This document shows, piece by piece, positions 9,739-18,400 of a stretch of 50,798 nucleotides of DNA; position 1 is the first letter of the stretch, and each line of letters opens with the position of its first letter. A model generated the notes under the pieces. That model did no database searches. It had not been told where the DNA came from and saw nothing but the letters and a program-made list of their open reading frames with translations. Position numbers and translations under genes: made by a program. The DNA comes from Candidatus Hadarchaeota archaeon. Its GTDB lineage: Archaea > CAYQAE01 > CAYVLA01. The stretch covers positions 1 to 50,798 of the forward strand of contig CAYVLA010000012.1 of assembly GCA_964452145.1 (NCBI GenBank). Direction: 5' to 3'.

Positions 9739-12474
9739 TTGAAGGCCAAGGATCTTCTAAGGGCCAGATTCTGCGCCGATCCCGAGAAGCACTACTCGGT
9801 CGACCTGTTCAAGGAGAAGGGCTATCAGAGAAGGCGGTGCAGCTGTGGCAGATGGTACTGGACCTTGGATCCGGAGAGAACCACCTGCCCCGAGTCACCC
9901 TGCCAAGAGTACGAGTTCCTCGGCAACCCCCCGACTCGAAGGCGTTTCGGGTATCACCAGGCATGGAAGACCATTGAGAAGTTCTTTGTCAAAGAAGGCC
10001 ATGCCAGCGTCCGGAGATATCCCGTGCTGTGCCGCTGGTTTCCATCCCTCTACTTCACGGCTGCGAGCATAGTTGCGTTCTATAGGGAGGAGTATGGCAA
10101 CGTCTCCTTCGAAATGCCGGCGAATCCGCTCGTAATCCCGCAGCGCTGCCTTAGGTTCGTGGACATCCCCAACGTGGGCGTGACCGGCAGGCACTACACG
10201 GGCTTCGTCATGGTGGGCCAGCACTCCATACATGACGGGAAAGACGGGTACTGGAAGGATCGTTGCGTGGAGTACGATCAGAGGTGTCTTGTGGAAGCGT
10301 TCGGGATACCAGATGAGAAGGTGGTCTGGGTCGAGGATGTCTGGCTCGGTCCGAGCGCCTTCGGGCCGTCGCTGGAATACTTCGTCGACGGGTTGGAGGT
10401 TGGCAATGCAGTCTTCACCGAGTATCTCGGAACGCCCGAGAGCTTCACTAGGATGAAACGGCCCGTCATCGATATGGGTGCCGGCCTGGAGAGATTCGCG
10501 TGGCTGTCCCAGGGAACTGCGTCGGGCTACGAGGCCGTGTTCGGGGAAGTGATAGACCGGATGAAAGCCTCTTCCGGTCTGGAGTACGATGAGAAGCTCT
10601 TCCTGTCATACTCAAAGCTTGCTGGTTCCATGGACTATACCGAGGTGGCCGACGTACCGAAGGCCAAGGCCGGAATTGCCGCCAGGCTCGGGATTCTTCC
10701 CGAGCAACTCGAGTCGTCGATCAGGCCCTTCGAGGCGATCTACGCCATCGCCGATCACGTCGGGTCTCTGGCCTTCGCCATAGCGGACGGGGGCCTGCCC
10801 AGCAACGTCGGCGGGGGGTACAACCTCAGGATGATACTGAGGAGAGCCCTTTCCTTCATCGACGAGTACCGATTCCCCTTCGATCTTGGCACGGTCGCTG
10901 AGCTGTATGCACGGGACATTAGGAAGATGAGCCCGGAGCTTATGGAGCTTCTTCCCGAGATCCTGCGGATCCTGAAGGTGGAGGAGGAGCGCTACCGAAG
11001 TGCACTGAGCCGTGCCAAGTCACGGGCATCGTCCCTCCTTTCCCGAAAGGCGAGCTTCAGCGTAGATGAGCTGATTCGTCTCTACGAGTCAGAGGGGATC
11101 ACGCCGGAACTCATCGAAGAGGCCAGCCGGCGGGAGGGCAGACCGATATCCCTGCCAGTGGACTTCTACAGCCAGACTACCGACAGACACCTGAAGGCCG
11201 AGGAGCAACCCCCGGAGAAGGCGATCCACGGACTTGAGGGCCTGCCCGTGACTCGCCTGGGCTTCTACGATGACGACAATAAGCTGGACTTCACGGCGAA
11301 GGTTCTCAGGACGCTCCCGGGAAACCTTGTCGTTCTCGACCGCACCTATTTCTACCCTAGATCCGGGGGGGAGGAGCCCGACACCGGCAGGATGGGGGAG
11401 TCCCGGGTCCTAGACATCGACAAGGTGAAGAACATCGTCGTGCACCGCGTGGACCGCATCAGCTTCGCCGAGGGAGACCGTGTGAAGTGTTCCGTGGACC
11501 GCGACAGGAGGCTCCAGCTCACCATACACCATACCGCGACCCACATCGTCAACGCAGCTGCAAGGAGTGTGCTGGGCCAGCACATCTGGCAGGCGGGTGC
11601 CCATAAGGATGTGGATTTGGCGAGGCTGGACGTCACCCACTTCGAGAGGATAGAGCAGGAGGAACTTGACAGGATCGAGGACATGGCCAATGACATGATC
11701 CGCAGGGAGTTACCGGTTCAGAAGCTCCTCATGTCCAGACGGGATGCCGAGGCGCAGTTCGGGTTCAGGCTCTACCAGGGAGGCGCCCCGCCCGGAAGCC
11801 GGATCCGGGTTGTGAACATCGAGGGCGTGGATGTCGAGGCCTGTGGAGGAACCCATCTTGACAACACGAGGGAGGCCGGCATGCTTGTCATCACGAAGAG
11901 CGAGAGGATACAAGACGGCATATGCAGGCTGGAGTTCGTTGCCGGCCCGGCCGCCGTCAAGAGGTTGCGGGAGAAGAGGGACCTCCTATCCAGGGCATCG
12001 CGCATCCTCCGTGTGGAGGAGGAGAACCTGCCGGCAACGGTTGAGAGGTTCTTTGAGGAATGGAAGGATCGTGGAAAGGCAATCGAGCGCCTGGAGGATT
12101 CGCTCTCAAAGGTCCTTGCGGAGGCGACCTGCCACAGGGCGGTGAGATGCGGGGATCTGGAGATCATCGTGGAGACCATGGATGAGGTTGGCCCCACGAT
12201 CTTGGCCAAGGTTGGCGAACGACTCGTAGAGCCGGGACGGGCCGTTGTGCTCTTCTGCAGGGAGGTCAGATCGGGTCAGATACATCTGGTTGTCTCGCTT
12301 GGTCAACTCGCCACATCCGGAGGTCTGCATGCGGGCAAGATCGCCAGCGATATCGCCCGCGCCATGGGCGGGGCAGGAGGCGGCTCGGATCGGATGGGAC
12401 GCGGGGCAGGAAGATCGGACATGCTTGCTGAAGCCCTGAATCGGGCAAGGTCTCTGCTCAAGATGGGGGGCTGA
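9739..12474 (+). CDS. alaS: Alanine--tRNA ligase (archaeal type)
   Basis: N-terminal C-x-CG..YWT, NVGVTGRH, IDMGAGLER, PSNVGGGYNLR, editing motifs HHTATH and CGGTH, C-terminal GGAGGG. Confidence 0.97.
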   Translation: MKAKDLLRARFCADPEKHYSVDLFKEKGYQRRRCSCGRWYWTLDPERTTCPESPCQEYEFLGNPPTRRRFGYHQAWKTIEKFFVKEGHASVRRYPVLCRWFPSLYFTAASIVAFYREEYGNVSFEMPANPLVIPQRCLRFVDIPNVGVTGRHYTGFVMVGQHSIHDGKDGYWKDRCVEYDQRCLVEAFGIPDEKVVWVEDVWLGPSAFGPSLEYFVDGLEVGNAVFTEYLGTPESFTRMKRPVIDMGAGLERFAWLSQGTASGYEAVFGEVIDRMKASSGLEYDEKLFLSYSKLAGSMDYTEVADVPKAKAGIAARLGILPEQLESSIRPFEAIYAIADHVGSLAFAIADGGLPSNVGGGYNLRMILRRALSFIDEYRFPFDLGTVAELYARDIRKMSPELMELLPEILRILKVEEERYRSALSRAKSRASSLLSRKASFSVDELIRLYESEGITPELIEEASRREGRPISLPVDFYSQTTDRHLKAEEQPPEKAIHGLEGLPVTRLGFYDDDNKLDFTAKVLRTLPGNLVVLDRTYFYPRSGGEEPDTGRMGESRVLDIDKVKNIVVHRVDRISFAEGDRVKCSVDRDRRLQLTIHHTATHIVNAAARSVLGQHIWQAGAHKDVDLARLDVTHFERIEQEELDRIEDMANDMIRRELPVQKLLMSRRDAEAQFGFRLYQGGAPPGSRIRVVNIEGVDVEACGGTHLDNTREAGMLVITKSERIQDGICRLEFVAGPAAVKRLREKRDLLSRASRILRVEEENLPATVERFFEEWKDRGKAIERLEDSLSKVLAEATCHRAVRCGDLEIIVETMDEVGPTILAKVGERLVEPGRAVVLFCREVRSGQIHLVVSLGQLATSGGLHAGKIASDIARAMGGAGGGSDRMGRGAGRSDMLAEALNRARSLLKMGG

Positions 12475-12528
12475 AGCGTCTTACTGGACACCGGTTCTGA
12501 GAGCAGACCGTGGAGAACGATCCGCGAT

Positions 12529-12555
12529 AAGCCTCACCCCTGAAGGTGGGGGGCT
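12529..12555. mobile_element. Possible IS200/IS605-type subterminal hairpin remnant
   Basis: AAGCCTCACCCC-TGAA-GGTGGGGGGCT is an imperfect 11-bp stem with the CTGAAG / CTTCAG apex typical of these ends. It lies between convergent genes with no transposase nearby. Confidence 0.3.
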
Positions 12556-12645
12556 GGCTCCGCACCCCTGTTTCGGGGCAGGTCCGCCCCACTCGCTTGA
12601 TAATGCCGTTTCCGTGCTGGGACCTCGACGCGCATCTGCCGGGTG

Positions 12646-13410
12646 CTAAGCCATCCCGCGGCAGGCAGCTGACAACATTGTTTCGAACATCTCCCCGCCT
12701 TGGGCGTGGTCTGCGATGATCTGTCGGTCCTCAAGAAACCGGGAAAGACATTGGACCAAGCCGTACTCGGGCTTACGCAGTTCCGCAAACCGGTCGCCTC
12801 CGTAGAGGATGTATCCCCCCAGGCCGCCGAGCGGAGGCCACCTTCTGAGTGCTTCCCTTGGATCGCTCTTGGCAACGGCGTTCACCTCGTTGAGCTTCGT
12901 CCGATCAACGAGGCCGAGGTACGCCGCCACCGAGTGTTCCGGCGTGTCAGCGTGTCCTGCCTCCACTCCCAAGAACGGAATCAAGAAGGTGAATGGAAGG
13001 CCGATCCTCTCAGACATGGCGCCCTCGTGCACGGACATGAAGTTATTGCCTCCATGCCCGTTGAGGAGCACGATGCGTCTGAAACGGATCGGGTGGGTGC
13101 CCAGATGGGCGCTAATGAAGCTACAGGTCTTCTCGACCATCTCCTCCTGTGGAATCCACAGAGGTGACCATGCCCTGGCGATCTCCCCGACCCTGTCGGA
13201 GGTATAGGGAACATGTGCGCAGTAGCAGGACCCGGTCCTGTCGGCCGCTCTCGCAGCCAGTGCCTTGACCACCCTGTCATCGATGTCCCGTGGAAGGGCT
13301 GGCCCATGCCCTTCGCATGGGTTGCCTACGGTGAACACGGCGCACTGATTCTCCTCCTCTCCGAAAGGGCCCCATTCCCCCAGTACGCGACCTAGTTCAA
13401 GTCCTTTCAT
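12646..13410 (-). CDS. Creatininase/amidohydrolase family protein (possibly ArfB-like formamide hydrolase)
   Basis: Metal-binding motifs G-x-x-x-E-x-H-G-P-x-L-P-x-D-x-D (GNPCEGHGPALPRDID), LNGHGGN and HADTPE. Confidence 0.8.
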   Translation of the reverse strand: MKGLELGRVLGEWGPFGEEENQCAVFTVGNPCEGHGPALPRDIDDRVVKALAARAADRTGSCYCAHVPYTSDRVGEIARAWSPLWIPQEEMVEKTCSFISAHLGTHPIRFRRIVLLNGHGGNNFMSVHEGAMSERIGLPFTFLIPFLGVEAGHADTPEHSVAAYLGLVDRTKLNEVNAVAKSDPREALRRWPPLGGLGGYILYGGDRFAELRKPEYGLVQCLSRFLEDRQIIADHAQGGEMFETMLSAACRGMA

Positions 13411-13541
13411 GCCGACTGGCTGGGCCCGACCCAAGTTAAATACTTCGACACGGTTCGCGTAGATGTCCGCGGCCCGGATGGGGTGATCGGTTTCCCGATC
13501 CCTACACAGTTAAGAGCGGTTCGGTTGCAGGCAGGGAGAAG

Positions 13542-14744
13542 ATGGTGGGAAGAACATCGAAGGGATTTCGGCTTGGCGTCCTTCTTCTCTGCCTGCTGGC
13601 CGGCATCTGCGAAGGGAGGAAGGATCCGCAGACAGGCAGAATACGCGTCCTGTACATCGGTGACTACAGCCCAGCAAGCCCCTACCCGATGCTGGAGGCG
13701 GAACCATCCATCTCCCTTCGCTTTGCGTGGCCGAGCGCGATGGAGGGCCTTTCGCAGGATCTTGCGAGACGAATGTTCAGGCAGCACATCCCGAGAACAT
13801 ACGAGAAGCTCGCCGAGAACGATGCCATAATCATCAGCGATGCCGACGTGTTCATCTTCGAGCATAGGCATTACCAGTGGTTCAAGGATGCCGTCGTGGT
13901 TGACGGCTCGGGATTGGTCATGATAGGCGGCAACGCCGGGTTCGGCGGAAGGCCGAATCCCCCCTGGGGGCCAACGGTGGTTCAGGACATACTCCCGGTC
14001 TGGTGTGTGACCGGCGGCTGGACCGAGGGGCGGGTGGAGATCCTCAAGCCCGAACACGACCTGCTCGCAACGCTGCCCTTGGACAGGAGCTGGCCCTGGA
14101 TGGCGCAATACGATGGGAACGAGGTCGTGCTCAAGCAGGAAGCGGATCTTCTGGCTGAGCAGGTGGGCATGACCGGAAAGCGAAACCCCTTCTGGGCCAC
14201 TTGGGACATCGGGGAAGGCAGGTGCTTCGCGATGACATGTGATTGGACGCCGGCGGGAGGGGTCGTCTTCATGAGGTGGCCCTACTACGGCGATTTCGCG
14301 GTGAATCTCATGATGTATCTGTCACGCAACCAGGTCCCGGACGATCTGGAGATGCTACACAGGGCCAGGGGGATGTATCTCGACTACAGGTCGACCAGGG
14401 GGTACCTGTTCTCGATCATGGAGTTCGCCGAGAAGATGGGGGCAAACATGGATCCCGTCACAACGATCATCGGTGGAGCTGAGGCCAAACATGCTGAATC
14501 CGTTGACGCATACGTGGAATTCGAGTTCCAGAAGGCTCTGGCTTCGCTGGAGGGTGCGCTTGACGATCTGAGAAGCGCGGTGCTGAAGGCGATGGATTTG
14601 AAGGACCAGACCATGCTATGGATCTATCTCATCGAGTGGCTCATCGTCACCGCCGCCTTCTTCCTCGGCGGGGTCGTGCTCTGGATGCTGATGGTCAGGA
14701 GAGCCTTGTATCGGGAGGTCCGCGGCACCAGGTTCGCCAGGTAG
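13542..14744 (+). CDS. Exported, membrane-anchored protein with class I glutamine-amidotransferase-like fold (paralog A)
   Basis: Signal peptide; IRVLYIGD, DAIIISD and GLVMIGG-x-x-GFGG; helical region EFAEKMGAN; C-terminal TM with basic tail LMVRRALYREV. Similar along its length to 27545-28753. Confidence 0.65.
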   Translation: MVGRTSKGFRLGVLLLCLLAGICEGRKDPQTGRIRVLYIGDYSPASPYPMLEAEPSISLRFAWPSAMEGLSQDLARRMFRQHIPRTYEKLAENDAIIISDADVFIFEHRHYQWFKDAVVVDGSGLVMIGGNAGFGGRPNPPWGPTVVQDILPVWCVTGGWTEGRVEILKPEHDLLATLPLDRSWPWMAQYDGNEVVLKQEADLLAEQVGMTGKRNPFWATWDIGEGRCFAMTCDWTPAGGVVFMRWPYYGDFAVNLMMYLSRNQVPDDLEMLHRARGMYLDYRSTRGYLFSIMEFAEKMGANMDPVTTIIGGAEAKHAESVDAYVEFEFQKALASLEGALDDLRSAVLKAMDLKDQTMLWIYLIEWLIVTAAFFLGGVVLWMLMVRRALYREVRGTRFAR

Positions 14745-14758
14745 AGACCGTTTCCCGA

Positions 14759-17700
14759 CTAGCTGATTCGCCAGGTGCCGATCTCGAACGGTTCCAGTTC
14801 CAGTTCTGCCCTGCCCTCATGGACTACGCAAGCCGGACCATCCACAGGGCGTTCACGAAGATCGCACTTGTGCAGGTCCCTAGGATTCCACCCGAGTCGA
14901 AGGTTGAAGCGCACACTTCTTCCGTGCATCTCCACCAGCCTTATGACGATCCCTTCCCCGTCGTCGGCGCACTTGAGCGCGGCAAGATCGACGCCAAGGT
15001 GGTCGATTTCGATCCACGATCGTTCGGCCAGTCTGGCCCGGCCCGGGACGAGGCGCAACGGCAGGTTGATCTCATGGCCGCGTTTCCATGCCTCCGAGTC
15101 CCTCCAGCCCCCCTGGTGGGGGAAGAGGGAGAATAGGATGCGGTGGTTCCCGATGTCGGGGAATGGATCGGGGTCGTAGGCCGCCCGCAGGAGGGTGAGG
15201 CGAACCGTGTTGCCCTTGACGTCGTGTCCGTACTTGCAGTCGTTGAGAAGGGCTACGCCGAATCCCTCCCCAGGTAGCTCGAGGAACGTCTGGGAGGGGA
15301 TCTCCCTTCCGTTTGTAGGGGACTGTATGTGGCCGAATGGGATCTCTCTGATGCAGGTTGCAGATGAGTGTGCAAATGGGAACGCGACCTTCAGCATGGG
15401 GGAGTCCACATCCGGCCCCCCGATCTCCTGCCAGTCGATCTCGGTGGAGAAGTCTATGCGAGGGAGGTCACGATGGATCAGTATCTCCTGCCTCAGGTTG
15501 GATTTCCCGAAAGAACGTCGGACCACGATGGCTGCTTGGACAGGGCCTTGACAGGCTATCTCGGTTTCAGCCCCGGTCGACAGGTTCTCCGTTCGGGATA
15601 TCGGACCGATCGTCCATGCACTCATGCCATGGGGCCTTTCATAGCAAATCTGGAAGAGGTTGATCGGCTCAGCCGGGCTAACCAGTTCCCGGTTCAGCCT
15701 CTTGTCGTAGAGTGAGGAGATGGCCCCCGAGTCGGGTGAGACAGATATCCTGAAGAACCGATTCTCAAGGATGTGTGGTTGTCCCGGCCGCGTCGAGCGG
15801 ATGGCCCTGGGGGAATCGGGACCCTCCGGATCCGGAACTGCCCGGACGGCCGGCACGATCCTGTACAGGGCGTAGCCAACTGGTGGCACCTTGGCTGTGA
15901 ATACTAGCTCGCCGTCACGGATCTGTGATGGAACCCTTGCATCCGATCCAGCGTCCAGCACCGTCGGATCCTTCACTCCGTCCGGCGCCGGGAGGCGGAC
16001 GGTCTCGGCCCTGGCCCAGCCTGCGGGGTTGAAGACCGTGACATGACCCGCGTCCGATTCTCCGTTCAACTCCAGCGCCAGCGGTTCGGACCGTTCCGAG
16101 ACCTCTCGGCAGATCTCTGCGACCTGGTCGAAGAGTCGCCGGGAGTAATCATATGCCGCATGAATCGCGGAACCGTCAAGAAGGTCGTGGAATTGGTTGA
16201 AGAGGACCTTGCGCCATGCTTGCCGGAGTTGGGCGGATGGGTACTCCGCACCCAGCATCTTGGCAAGCGAGGCGAGAACCTCCGTCTGGTACAGAAGACA
16301 TTCGCCCCGCCTGTTCATCCATTTTATGTCCCCATGGGTGGTGTAACAGCCCTCGAAAACGAAGTTCAGCTCGTCCCTCACGACCGGGATGCGGGCGCAG
16401 TTCTCGACGGCCCGATAGAAATCCTCGGCGCGCGAGTGCCCGAATCTCGGCAACCCCGCTTGCCTGTTCAGGAAGGCGGCATTTCCAAGATCGATCCGCG
16501 TTGGTCCCCCTCCGTGATCGCCAACCCCGAAGACGACCTGGCGGGCCTGGATGCCGAAGTTCGAGACCATCTTGGTCAGGGGACGTAGGAGTCCTGGCTG
16601 AATCCTTTCGTTGTACGTTGCTCCCTCGTTGAAAGCGAGGATCCGTGATCCATCCGGGGACTCCCACCACATCAGGTGCTCGTCTTCCGCTCTTTGGCAT
16701 CTGTGCCCGTAATAGTACTTCAAGCCGCACTTCCTGAGGATCTGGGGATAGGTCCATGGGTGTCCGAAGGTGTCCGGGCACCAGCAGATGGCCGGGCTGA
16801 CCCCGAACTTGGCCTCAATGTAGTTCAGAGCGCATGTCGCCTGCCTGACCAGGCTCTCGCCACTGGCCATGTTCAGGTCTCCCTCCACCCAGGTGGAGGC
16901 GGTCACATCCCAGCGACCCTCTCTTACCCTCTTCTGCATGGTCCTGAAGATGGCCGGCTCAAGCTCCTCCATCGCGTGATACGTGGCTGCCTGGCTGTGC
17001 GAGAAGATGAAGTCGGGGTACTCGTCCATCAGGCGGTCAACCGACCTGAAGGTTCGCCTGCAGACATCGACGGTGTCCTCCCAGTCCCAGAGCCAGTTCA
17101 TGTCGATATGGGCATGGCCGACTAGGTAGATGGTGTAGTCGCTGAGGCGCGCCGAGCCGGGAAGGATCGTCGCACCATGCTCTGCCGCTGCCTTGCATAG
17201 GGCGTTCAGGTCCCGATGCGTGCCCTCGTCCACCTCAAGGCCTGCCGAAGCCGTTCGGACCGAGTCGTTTGCAGAATTCAGGCATCCCAAGCGCGCCAGC
17301 TCCCGCACCAGCCGAGACCTCTCCGCGACGGTGGCGACCTCGAGTAGCTTCCTTTCGATGATGTCGAAGTACCACTCGGCGAACGAAAGGCCCCCGCCCG
17401 TCTCGGCCCTGGGGCTGCGCATGGCCAGGGTGTGCGTTGATCCTGGCTTGGCATCTTTCGACAGGTTGAATATGCCGTCGAACCAGAACCTTGCCCCATC
17501 AGCGAAGCACCCATCGATGTGGAGCTCAAAGCCCGTCACGGAGAATATCCGGACATCCACCCGAGCCCCCTCCACCGGCACGCCCAGTATCGATTCGGGG
17601 ATGATGACCGTCTTCCTGAACCAGCGATCTCCCTGCCTTCTGTCCCAGCTGTAGCCCAGATCGATGGGCTCCCAGCTCGAGTCGTCGAAACCCCGGCTCG

Positions 17701-17797
17701 CTGCATCCGGGAAGTCTCCCACGGCCGTTCGCCAAGTGGTGAGTCTGCGGTAGGTCGTCATGTGGCGATGAGCTTCCTCTAGGGAAATTCGGGGCAT
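14759..17797 (-). CDS. Alpha-mannosidase, glycoside hydrolase family 38 (cytoplasmic)
   Basis: GHAHIDMNWLW, WCPDTFG, GDHGGG, GCYTT, NQFHDLLDG and LLNDCKYG motifs. No signal peptide. Confidence 0.95.
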   Translation of the reverse strand: MPRISLEEAHRHMTTYRRLTTWRTAVGDFPDAASRGFDDSSWEPIDLGYSWDRRQGDRWFRKTVIIPESILGVPVEGARVDVRIFSVTGFELHIDGCFADGARFWFDGIFNLSKDAKPGSTHTLAMRSPRAETGGGLSFAEWYFDIIERKLLEVATVAERSRLVRELARLGCLNSANDSVRTASAGLEVDEGTHRDLNALCKAAAEHGATILPGSARLSDYTIYLVGHAHIDMNWLWDWEDTVDVCRRTFRSVDRLMDEYPDFIFSHSQAATYHAMEELEPAIFRTMQKRVREGRWDVTASTWVEGDLNMASGESLVRQATCALNYIEAKFGVSPAICWCPDTFGHPWTYPQILRKCGLKYYYGHRCQRAEDEHLMWWESPDGSRILAFNEGATYNERIQPGLLRPLTKMVSNFGIQARQVVFGVGDHGGGPTRIDLGNAAFLNRQAGLPRFGHSRAEDFYRAVENCARIPVVRDELNFVFEGCYTTHGDIKWMNRRGECLLYQTEVLASLAKMLGAEYPSAQLRQAWRKVLFNQFHDLLDGSAIHAAYDYSRRLFDQVAEICREVSERSEPLALELNGESDAGHVTVFNPAGWARAETVRLPAPDGVKDPTVLDAGSDARVPSQIRDGELVFTAKVPPVGYALYRIVPAVRAVPDPEGPDSPRAIRSTRPGQPHILENRFFRISVSPDSGAISSLYDKRLNRELVSPAEPINLFQICYERPHGMSAWTIGPISRTENLSTGAETEIACQGPVQAAIVVRRSFGKSNLRQEILIHRDLPRIDFSTEIDWQEIGGPDVDSPMLKVAFPFAHSSATCIREIPFGHIQSPTNGREIPSQTFLELPGEGFGVALLNDCKYGHDVKGNTVRLTLLRAAYDPDPFPDIGNHRILFSLFPHQGGWRDSEAWKRGHEINLPLRLVPGRARLAERSWIEIDHLGVDLAALKCADDGEGIVIRLVEMHGRSVRFNLRLGWNPRDLHKCDLRERPVDGPACVVHEGRAELELEPFEIGTWRIS

Positions 17798-18039
17798 TGT
17801 CTGGCCTCCTCTGGCCTTGAAGGCTTGCTTAGTTCAAGGCATCCCTCTAATAATGTTTGGCCAATCCGCCGATCTGTTGGCATGGGGCCGAGGAATCTGA
17901 AAGCCTCCAAACCCCACCTTTTCAGGCTGGATGCTGGACCCATCCGAGCGGCAATGAGTTGCCCGTTTTGGACAATTGTCCGATTTCAGGGTGGCAATCC
18001 TTTTCTATCATTTCAGCGGTAGATGGTTGGGTGTAGGTC

Positions 18040-18387
18040 TTGATGGATTCAACAACCACGGGCTCCTTCAATGACGAGGTTGAGATCCACGCTCTAATCG
18101 ACACGGACGAGATCGTGAAGCACAGGAAGGCCAGGATCGTCGTCGACATAGCACCGATGTCACGGTTTACGCATCTGTTCCTGAGCCTTCTTTCCAAGGA
18201 CGAGAGGCAGTTGGTCAAGCTTCTCATTGAGAGGAAGGCTGTCAAGCAGAGACACATCTCGGAACTGCTTCATTTCTCCAAGCCCAAGGTGACCAGGGTA
18301 CTGTCCCGCCTTGAGCAGAGGAACATAGTCCAGAGGCGAAAGCTCGGTCGTACCTTCATGATTACCCTGAAGGACTTCCCGTGCTAG
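18040..18387 (+). CDS. Small winged-helix (MarR-like) DNA-binding protein
   Basis: LSKDERQLV...VKQRHISELLHFSKPKVTRVLSRLEQRNIVQRRKLGRT is a wHTH signature. Confidence 0.8.
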   Translation: MMDSTTTGSFNDEVEIHALIDTDEIVKHRKARIVVDIAPMSRFTHLFLSLLSKDERQLVKLLIERKAVKQRHISELLHFSKPKVTRVLSRLEQRNIVQRRKLGRTFMITLKDFPC

Positions 18388-18400
18388 GTCGTCGCGCCTC

